The translations under genes and the position numbers were made by a program. Shown here in pieces: positions 56,251 to 64,000 of a DNA stretch of 64,000 nucleotides. Positions within the stretch are counted from its first letter, which is position 1; every line of letters starts with the position of its first letter. This stretch comes from Candidatus Poribacteria bacterium (GTDB taxonomy: Bacteria; Poribacteria; WGA-4E; UBA9662): contig JAYZAL010000104.1 in the NCBI GenBank assembly GCA_036339735.1, forward strand, positions 32,001 through 96,000. Direction: 5' to 3'. The notes beneath the pieces were generated by a model. It searched no databases. It was given only the letters and a program-made list of their open reading frames with translations, and was not told the DNA's origin.

Positions 56251-56429
56251 CAATATAGATTTTCACCACCGGACCTAATATTTACTCCTCACAATTTGGT
56301 AACCAATATCATCATCTACCAGAAGTTTATAAGAACAATTTAGAACTTAACTTATATGAAGTCCGATTTACTTGCTCTTTATGTCATATCGGCTATTTGG
56401 TCAGATAATATGACTTTTTGCCCTAGAAT

Positions 56430-56790
56430 CAGCTCATCAGGGTATATACAAGCTATTCTTGGTTCTTGATAACTTTGCTATTACAAAGGGCTGTGTGAAT
56501 CACGGCTTTGATATTGTCTTACTTGTTGTACTCCCCAGCGATAGTTATATTTTTCAATCAAAACGCAAGCAAAATCATCAGGAATAAAAATTACTTCGCA
56601 AATATCTCTAATTTTATCCGTAATGATTCAACCACTTGCGCGCCAAATCTAGGACGGAAACACCTCTGGCACCCATTACCTCTCAGATTATAGAATATTT
56701 GGAACAAGGATTAGTTTCAGTATCATCTGTCGTTATTGATTAATCTGGGCTAAGGTCTACTTTCTATGTTTTTTGAATACGTTATTCAAC
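56430..56790 (-). pseudogene. radC: Eroded radC-family (UPF0758) N-terminal fragment
   Basis: Broken frames: SRP*PRLINN (cf. RPREKL), MGARGVSVLDLARKWLNHYG at 56676-56617 (cf. GTRGVSALDLARQLL..FG), ITIAG..K..IKAVI (HhH region). Confidence 0.6.
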
Positions 56791-56949
56791 GTTTTTAGTA
56801 GGATTGCACGCAAAACTCTTTTGTTTTCAGCCCAGTTCTTGGTACATCCTGATTTGTTGTGATAGAAATAATCCATCAATTGATACAAATATAGCAACAA
56901 GGGTTAAGGAAACATCATCCTTTACCGGCTAGTTCAGACTGTTCATCAG

Positions 56950-58887
56950 TTAAAATAGAAACTTGTATGTTGGAACTTCTAAGAAAGCACCACGTATCAT
57001 CCACAAACTACCGATGATGAATTCTCCCAAAATAACACCAATGAAGAATGGAATTGCTCGCTGATGGAATTTCATACCACCTAACTTTAGTGTAATTGAT
57101 TTTATACACCAACTGATAAAGATCGAAAACCAAAATAAATTGATGGACCAACTACTTGAAACTGCGTAACCTGCAGGATGAAAAGGCCACCAAAACAAGT
57201 TCATTCGCAAAACAGCTAGTAGAAGTGTAAAGGAAAATCCGAATACTATTCCGACACATGCACCATAATCGATAGAAGAAGGCGCAGTAAGCCATCTTTG
57301 AAGTTGACCAAAGGATTCTGTAACTCTTCCACTACCGAAAGCCCCAAATTGATAGGAAGCGTCTAGAGCTGCCCAAAAAGAGGTCAAACTGCCAACAATA
57401 ATGGAAATTAAAATAGCCAGGAATAATCTGTTTAGTTGCATTCGACTACGTTCTGCTAGCTTAAATCCTTCCAGTTGGTGTGGCATTATATGCCCTCGGT
57501 ACGCGCGATTAAAGAATTGATAAAATGAAAACATTGCCAAATTACCAGGCGAAAACGTACGAGAGCCAATAGTGTTAACCATCGTGTAATGTGTTCCAGC
57601 CCAATGCAGATCGTGAACAGGTGAACCCAATTCAGCTCTCATACGAGTAATACCAATTGATAAAGCAAAGTAAATCGTGAAAAAAAGAGCAGCAGCCCAT
57701 AATGACATCCCAGCAAGAACAGAAAAAGCAATCAACAAAATGTACCCGAGACAAGCTCCAGCAAACGCCCATACTTCTACACTTTTTGTTGCACTAATAT
57801 TATTCTTTTTTTTCGCTAGTACTGGTGAGAAGATTTGTTTCAAATGCCGTCGTGTTGACCAGAATGCTAATAGACATAGACCAGTATAGGAGCCAAAGGT
57901 TTGAGCCTCGATATAGGGAAAATTTGGTAAATTTCGTAACCCTAGGAAACTACCTATAATAAGTTGTGCTTTCCAAAATAGATAAAAAAACCAACAGGCA
58001 AAAGAAAGCTCTAAGGGCATAAAAAAAGCCAAACCAACTGCATAGGGAAATATTGGAATCGGTGTCCAACCAATGGCATTCCAAGGTGAAGTGGTAAAAA
58101 ATGGATGTAAATCGTAGAGCTGACCTCCAAAGCTTGGGACCGAAGGATAAAGAAAGTGAAGTCCATTTACCAAATCAATACCACCAGATAGGATAAAGCC
58201 AGTCCACATAATCTTATTTGTTAAAAAAGTATTTGGTTGGATGGTGAGATGTAAGGGTAACTGAATAATTGGATAGCTTAACTTTTCATGTTCAATCCAC
58301 TGTTTTCGAACAACTACTGACAGACATAACATCACAAAAGCTAGAAGCGTAATAAAACCTGACCAAAAAATTACTGACCTCAACCAAGCTAGAATATTAG
58401 ATTTTAGATATATACTGGAATCGCCCTCGTGGAATCCTGCCAAAACGTCCAGATCACTCACAATCAACCATTTAGGAATATGGTGAAAGAACAACTCTCT
58501 CCACTCGTTTTCTGGGTTAGCCATCCACGTGATCCCACCCACATAAGTAATTAATTGCTGCATCATATCTAACCCACAAATCGCGGAAGCCACCGACAAC
58601 ATTGTATAGATCACCAGCAGTTCCGAAGGATTAAGACCTGAGATTTGAAATACACGCTGCATCAAAACGTTCAGGACTGTAATTAAGAAGAGAAAGAAAA
58701 TGACATTGAAAAACAGGGAAAGAGTGGTCGGATAACCCGCCCCCCAGATGGCTGCACGCATCAGCCAAAGATTGTTGACCGGTATCAAAAAGACACCAAT
58801 CAAAATGGGGAAATAATGGGTCCTTTTTTGGGGGTAAGATGTGTTAGTCAAAGTTTTAGATGATTGACATTTTGGGTTCAATCCCAC
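56950..58887 (-). CDS. Large polytopic membrane protein, DUF6785/DUF6784-like putative transporter
   Basis: ELLVIYTML, RKQWIEHEKLSYPI, RMRAELG, WWPFHPAGYA, PFFIGVILGE; many TM helices. Confidence 0.7.
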   Translation of the reverse strand: MGLNPKCQSSKTLTNTSYPQKRTHYFPILIGVFLIPVNNLWLMRAAIWGAGYPTTLSLFFNVIFFLFLITVLNVLMQRVFQISGLNPSELLVIYTMLSVASAICGLDMMQQLITYVGGITWMANPENEWRELFFHHIPKWLIVSDLDVLAGFHEGDSSIYLKSNILAWLRSVIFWSGFITLLAFVMLCLSVVVRKQWIEHEKLSYPIIQLPLHLTIQPNTFLTNKIMWTGFILSGGIDLVNGLHFLYPSVPSFGGQLYDLHPFFTTSPWNAIGWTPIPIFPYAVGLAFFMPLELSFACWFFYLFWKAQLIIGSFLGLRNLPNFPYIEAQTFGSYTGLCLLAFWSTRRHLKQIFSPVLAKKKNNISATKSVEVWAFAGACLGYILLIAFSVLAGMSLWAAALFFTIYFALSIGITRMRAELGSPVHDLHWAGTHYTMVNTIGSRTFSPGNLAMFSFYQFFNRAYRGHIMPHQLEGFKLAERSRMQLNRLFLAILISIIVGSLTSFWAALDASYQFGAFGSGRVTESFGQLQRWLTAPSSIDYGACVGIVFGFSFTLLLAVLRMNLFWWPFHPAGYAVSSSWSINLFWFSIFISWCIKSITLKLGGMKFHQRAIPFFIGVILGEFIIGSLWMIRGAFLEVPTYKFLF

Positions 58888-59261
58888 AGATTATTTTTAA
58901 GCATTTAGTAATTTTTGTTTCACAAAGGTCTCGTATTGATTTGAAACTTTCACTAACTTTTTGCTACTGAAAGTTTCATTTTTCAAGACTTATCAACATT
59001 GATTGAGCAATGGGTAATCACAGATCATGGTATGGAAAGATGATTCTTAGCATAAGAAAAGACAAACGAAAGATCATAAAGCCTAGCACTGAATTTCAAC
59101 AGAAGTAATTAATCAGTAGATTTTTTCTGATTGCCTGAGAAAAAATTATAATTGTTGATTATCATATTTTAATTGAAGAAAAGTAAAAGGTGAATTAAGC
59201 AAATTTAACCCACCTTTCAAAAAAGAGACTATGTAAATGTTCTGACTATTTCAGATTTTTC

Positions 59262-59977
59262 GGGCCAGAAGTCTTGATTTTGGACCAATGAATAGCCTTA
59301 TTATTGACAGCCTCTACAATCAATTTTCAAGCCCTCTATCTACACTTTAGCTTCAAGAGCACCATCAAAAATTGCTACTTCATCAATGATTCTCTGAAAA
59401 AAGTTAGTTAGAATGACGCGAGAATCGGCATCGCTAACACCTATCTTAGAATCTTCTTTCCCAAACAGTTTGATGTCTCAGATAAGTCTAAGGTTTGTAC
59501 CCTAAAAAGTCTTAGCTGGTTGTTGCTACCACTTGTCTTGATCGAGTTTTCCTGATCCTATAGCGAACCGCACACCCTCACCATTAGTCTAGCTAAGTAT
59601 AACTTCTATTTTGTACCAATTGCCCCTGTTATCTGCACTGATCAAAATAGCATTACCATATTTTGGGGAACCTGTCAGAATTTCGTCTGGCTCATTTCCC
59701 ACTTTTTAACACTATTGGCGTAGAAGACTACCGTAAAACAGTTCAAATGAAAAATTGGGTGCTATCTTTGGAACTGTACCAGTTTCATCTAATGCTTCAC
59801 CGAAATTTCCATCGACCGAGCTAGTCGTACGGATTGTCTCGCCGTCGATGTTATTGCCAGATGTGTCTTTAGCATTTTCGACCAAACACCACTGATCCAC
59901 CATGTTTCCTGAAACTGACATCATAAAATAATAGAAGAAAGACAGAAACTAGTGCGTGGCTAATATGTTTTAGACAT
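59262..59977 (-). pseudogene. Eroded secreted LamG-like jellyroll protein gene
   Basis: Fragments AKDTSGNNIDG...VDGNFGEALD, IIDEVAIFDGAL and C-terminal IVEAVNNKAIHWSKIK, separated by stops and frameshifts. Confidence 0.75.
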
Positions 59978-60377
59978 TTAGCTATAGTAATTTAATTTTT
60001 TATATTGAAATTTTCACCTATCGACATAATAATGGAAGTCGCAAAGAAAGCAAAAGCGTCGTTCTGCCATATCCATTTCAATAATTGCTATATCTAGTAA
60101 ATTGAGACTAATGAAAAATGATCAGTTAACATTATTTACAATTTTATAAAAGATTAGATTAAAATTCTGTATTGATTTGTCAATTCGATTAATCAATTCT
60201 GCATCTTTTTAGATTGACAGAGCTTTCAAACATCAAAGCTTATATTTTGATGTACTTGATAGAAACAAGAGATGTATTCGTAGAAAACAATTTTCTCACC
60301 AACCAAATAATCTGATCTTTTTAATTTTGCACTTACTAAGCTGAAGGATCTAAATACTAAAGCCTATGAATAATTAA

Positions 60378-61172
60378 TTGAGTGTCAAAGGGTTTATTCT
60401 GAAAATGGAACTAACTACTGAACAGAAGTCTTACTGGATCAAAAATGGTTTTCTTAAACTAAAGAATGTTTTTGGCCAAGATGATCTATGCCAAATTAAA
60501 GCCTGGATTACAAAAATTGAAACGAGTCCTGTTGATTCTGTAGGAGGGATTTTACATTATTACGAGATAATAAATGGTGAAAAGATCATTACTCGTAGCG
60601 AGCGATACTTGAATTTTTCCAAAGAGTTGACAGATTTTATAACTAAAGGAATCATCATGAAAATATTAGAACAGCTAATGGGATCTGGAGTGGTTCTCTT
60701 TAAGGAAAAAATTAACTATAAATACCCAATGGGAGGAGGATATGCCCCCCACCAAGATGCAGCCGCCTACAAGTATGTGTCACACCATGTTACTTGCCTT
60801 GTAGCTCCAGAATCTACCACTAGTAAAAATGGTTGTTTATGGCTAGCTGCCGGCCATCACCAAAAACGTTTAATCGCCTTAAATAGTGATGGATGCATCG
60901 ATAAAAAAGTTGCCGAACAGTTACCTTGGCGTGAATTATCAACTAACCCTGGAGACTTAATTTTTTTTGATTCCTACACGCCACATTTCAGTTCGCCGAA
61001 TTTAAGCACTAGGGCAAGAAAAACTTTGTATCTTACCTATAACGAATCCAAATATGGTGAATTTAGAGAGCTGTATTACAAAGATCGTTCCCAACAACTC
61101 GAAAATTCTAAAAATAGAAACAAGAAGCAGATTAGCACTATTCGGCATTTCCAAGGAGAAGCAGAAAAATAA
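60378..61172 (+). CDS. phnY: PhnY-like Fe(II)/2OG phosphonate dioxygenase (PhyH family)
   Basis: LFKEKINYKYPMGGGYAPHQD, NGCL, FFDSYTPH.S..N...R..LYLTYN; 2 nt from a phnZ-like gene. Confidence 0.75.
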   Translation: MSVKGFILKMELTTEQKSYWIKNGFLKLKNVFGQDDLCQIKAWITKIETSPVDSVGGILHYYEIINGEKIITRSERYLNFSKELTDFITKGIIMKILEQLMGSGVVLFKEKINYKYPMGGGYAPHQDAAAYKYVSHHVTCLVAPESTTSKNGCLWLAAGHHQKRLIALNSDGCIDKKVAEQLPWRELSTNPGDLIFFDSYTPHFSSPNLSTRARKTLYLTYNESKYGEFRELYYKDRSQQLENSKNRNKKQISTIRHFQGEAEK

Positions 61173-61174
61173 TT

Positions 61175-61786
61175 ATGGATAATCTTATTGACCCAAACTT
61201 AGCTAATTCATTTAAAAATAAATCTCCGGAAGGAAAAGCTATTCTTTTAACGGATTATATGGTTAAAAATGGAATCACTTATTACGACGAATCAGTTACT
61301 CAATTGGAACATGCTCTACAAGCTGGTAATTTAGCAAGAAATGCTGGGGCAGACGCTTTTTTAACCTCTGCAGCACTGCTCCATGATATTGGACATTTTT
61401 TACTGGATGAACATGACGCACAGCAGATTTTTTTGGAAGAAGATTTAAATCATGAAGTCGTAGGAGCTAATTATCTGTCCCCATTTCTTCCTGAGAAAGT
61501 AATCATCCCGATACGCTTTCATGTACCAGCCAAGCGATACCTATGCACTACCGATAATGGTTACCATGAAACTCTTTCAGATGCTTCAAAAAAAAGCTTC
61601 CAACTACAAGGGGGAAAAATGTCAAGCGATGAAGTTGAAAAATTTGAAAGAATTCCTGATTTTGAAACTGCCTTACAAGTTCGCAGATGGGATGATCTGG
61701 CTAAAGATACAGACCTCGTAAGTAATAACATATCAGACTTTATTGGGGACTTAACTTTAGTTTTTGAGGCAGCAATAAACATGTAA
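61175..61786 (+). CDS. phnZ: PhnZ-like HD-domain diiron oxygenase
   Basis: ESVTQLEHALQ, ALLHDIGH, HEVVGA, HVPAKRYL, LSDAS..S..LQGG, RRWDDLAK. Confidence 0.8.
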   Translation: MDNLIDPNLANSFKNKSPEGKAILLTDYMVKNGITYYDESVTQLEHALQAGNLARNAGADAFLTSAALLHDIGHFLLDEHDAQQIFLEEDLNHEVVGANYLSPFLPEKVIIPIRFHVPAKRYLCTTDNGYHETLSDASKKSFQLQGGKMSSDEVEKFERIPDFETALQVRRWDDLAKDTDLVSNNISDFIGDLTLVFEAAINM

Positions 61787-61888
61787 TTGCAAACAGTTCG
61801 ACAATGAATGGAATTTGAAATTTGCCCCTTTTCTCAGGTTGTGCTACGATCGACGTATTGGAAGAACAAACTAAGTGAGTAATATTCA

Positions 61889-63175
61889 ATGAACAACAAA
61901 CCGATTTTGGTACGTTTTCGTTTATCACTGATGATGTTTCTACAGTATGCAGTCTGGGGTGCCTGGTCTCCACTCGCTGCCCGTTATCTATCAGCCAGTG
62001 TTGAAAACGGTGGACTTGGTTTCAGCTCGCAACAAATTGGTATGATTTTGGGGCTAGCAGGTTCAATCGGAGCTGTTTCTGCCCCATTTATAGCAGGCCA
62101 AATTGCTGATCGATATTTCAGCACCGAGCGGGTGTTGGCATTTTTGATCCTGGTAGGTGGGTTAGTCAAGTGGTATACGGCAACACAAACTACTTACAAA
62201 TCGTGGCTGCTGTTATCTATTCTCTACAGTGTACTTTATATGCCAACCCTAGCGTTATCAAACTCAATTACTTTTTCACATCTGACTGACCGAGACCGAG
62301 ATTTTCCTAAAATACGAGTCTGGGGCACAATAGGTTGGATTGTGGCCAGCTGGGTTTTTGCCATGTTCTGGTTACAAAAGCAACTTGGATGGCAGTGGAT
62401 GCCTCCCTTTTTGGTTGGCGTTGAAGTTGAAGGTGTCACGCGTCGATTAGCTGATTCCTTGACTTTCGCTGGCGTATTATCGATTATCTATGCTGGGTTC
62501 TGTCTCTTTTTACCAAATACCCCACCGAAAAAAAATGCGACAGAAAAACTAGCTTTTAAAAAAGCGTTTGCATTATTACAAAGACCGAATTTTACGGTTT
62601 TAGTCCTTGCGAGCTTAATTGTCAGCGTAATTCACCAAATTTACTTTTTGCAAGCCGGTCCTTTTTTATCTTACATTGGTTTGAAAGATAGCCAGATTGG
62701 TCCAGCAACAACGATTGGTCAGTTTGCTGAGATTTTAACTATGGCTTTTCTCGGGTACTTCATAAAGAGACTTGGTTTCCGAAAAGTTATTACCATCGGG
62801 ACATTTGCTTATTTTGCCCGTTACGTAGTTTTTGGTATGACTAATTTACCTGTTTGGTTAATAGTAATTAGTCAAGCATTCCACGGTTTTTGTTATGCTT
62901 TCTTTTTCGCCGCAGCTTTTATTTATGTTGATAAAGTTGCTGATGAAGACGTACGCCATTCTGCACAAACAGTCTTTGGTATCATTATTTTGGGCGGTGG
63001 ACCAGTTTTGAGTGGTTTCTTATCCGGTGCTTTGGAAAACGTTTATACGCCAGAAGGTGGCGATTTTAATTTTTCTCAATTTTGGTATACGCTAGCTGTT
63101 ATTGGTCTGGTTGCAACACTATTTTTTGTCTACTTTTTTCGGTCCGAAACTGAACACGATGCAACTGAAGCCTGA
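61889..63175 (+). CDS. MFS nucleoside:H+ symporter (NHS family)
   Basis: MMFLQYAVWGAW, IADRYFS.ER, YMPTLAL, IRVWGTIGW, IGQFAE, HGFCYAFFF. Confidence 0.88.
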   Translation: MNNKPILVRFRLSLMMFLQYAVWGAWSPLAARYLSASVENGGLGFSSQQIGMILGLAGSIGAVSAPFIAGQIADRYFSTERVLAFLILVGGLVKWYTATQTTYKSWLLLSILYSVLYMPTLALSNSITFSHLTDRDRDFPKIRVWGTIGWIVASWVFAMFWLQKQLGWQWMPPFLVGVEVEGVTRRLADSLTFAGVLSIIYAGFCLFLPNTPPKKNATEKLAFKKAFALLQRPNFTVLVLASLIVSVIHQIYFLQAGPFLSYIGLKDSQIGPATTIGQFAEILTMAFLGYFIKRLGFRKVITIGTFAYFARYVVFGMTNLPVWLIVISQAFHGFCYAFFFAAAFIYVDKVADEDVRHSAQTVFGIIILGGGPVLSGFLSGALENVYTPEGGDFNFSQFWYTLAVIGLVATLFFVYFFRSETEHDATEA

Positions 63176-63196
63176 CAATAAGGATAAAAATAAATT

Positions 63197-64000
63197 ATGA
63201 AAAAAGTATTATTGGTTGTTAATAATCAGCAGCCACCGTATAGTGATTTCACTCAAATGTTTAGTCAAATCACTCTCGACTCAGGTCAATTTGAGTTAGA
63301 TGTTAGTGAAGATCGTGATAGTTTTACTAAACTTGATGGGTTTGATGCGGTTGCGCTCTATATTGGTGGAGGTGAACTAACCTCTGATCAAGAAGAAGGC
63401 TTGGCTAAGTTTGTCAGAAGTGGTGGTGGACTGCTAGCTGTACATGCCTCTAACGCCGGATTGGGTCATTACGGTACTTATAGTGATTTAATCGGTTCAG
63501 AATTCGTCGAGCATGACCCTTTAGCTCCCTTCGAGATCCATGTGGAGAACAATGTTGATGACATTCTTCCAAGATTGAGTAAGAATTTTCAAGTTACCGA
63601 TGAATGTTATCAAATGAAAATTCGCACTTCAGCCGAGCTCCGCTATTTTCAGTATGGCAGTTGGCGTATGGAACGGTACCCTCTAGGTTACGTTTATGAT
63701 TATGGATCAGGTAGAGTCTGCTACAATGCACTTGGGCATGATAAAAGAACCTTTGAACATCCTGACTTTCAGGATCAGTTAATTAAAGGGCTTAGATATG
63801 TATGTCAATCGAACGACCGGTTAGAATCAATACGAATCGGTCTAGTCGGTTATGGCCCACAGTTTGGAATGGGTAAACACCATTCAGAAAACATTGACCG
63901 AACGTATGGCTTCGAGTTGGCTGCAGTTTGTGACCAAGATTCGTCTCGATTGGAAGCAGCACAATCAGAACAAGGAGATAGCATTTCTGTTTTCACTTCA
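63197..64000 (+). CDS. ThuA-like domain fused to a Gfo/Idh/MocA oxidoreductase (runs off the window)
   Basis: Manual translation: GGGLLAVHAS, DECY, GSGRVCYNALGHD, then IRIGLVGYGPQFGMGKHH...AVCD. Confidence 0.85.
   Translation, partial: MKKVLLVVNNQQPPYSDFTQMFSQITLDSGQFELDVSEDRDSFTKLDGFDAVALYIGGGELTSDQEEGLAKFVRSGGGLLAVHASNAGLGHYGTYSDLIGSEFVEHDPLAPFEIHVENNVDDILPRLSKNFQVTDECYQMKIRTSAELRYFQYGSWRMERYPLGYVYDYGSGRVCYNALGHDKRTFEHPDFQDQLIKGLRYVCQSNDRLESIRIGLVGYGPQFGMGKHHSENIDRTYGFELAAVCDQDSSRLEAAQSEQGDSISVFTS

Overview
Bacterial chromosomal window with moderately low GC and AT-rich spacers. Gene content (several PhyH-type dioxygenases, a sulfatase, ThuA and Gfo/Idh/MocA proteins, a DUF6785-like transporter, a membrane-anchored vWA protein, a LamG relic with a C-terminal 'VEA..K..W..IK' motif) suggests a marine Candidatus Poribacteria-like organism; this is inference only. 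Bases 1-9.1 kb hold the str and S10 ribosomal operons on the minus strand (rpsL-rpsG-fusA-tuf-rpsJ to rplP) behind a consensus sigma70 promoter. The rest mixes housekeeping genes (mnmA, gatB, bioF, era, coaD, ddl, rsfS, rsmI), transporters (Fe3+ ABC with a perfect Fur-type operator, TctCBA, NHS-type MFS) and catabolic or accessory genes. Highlights: (1) a decayed group II intron between a predicted promoter and the katG RBS; (2) a type III PKS plus sulfotransferase pair; (3) a TsdA-like diheme cytochrome c with a candidate Cys ligand; (4) a DUF4416-AnmK fusion; (5) an overlapping LarE-like/MnmA pair; (6) a phnY-phnZ phosphonate module; (7) an unexplained 110-nt hairpin after katG; (8) an Asn at the conserved S12 KDLPG glycine; (9) several eroded pseudogenes in long spacers. 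No rRNA, tRNA or CRISPR array was found. All family assignments come from motif recognition by eye, not database searches.
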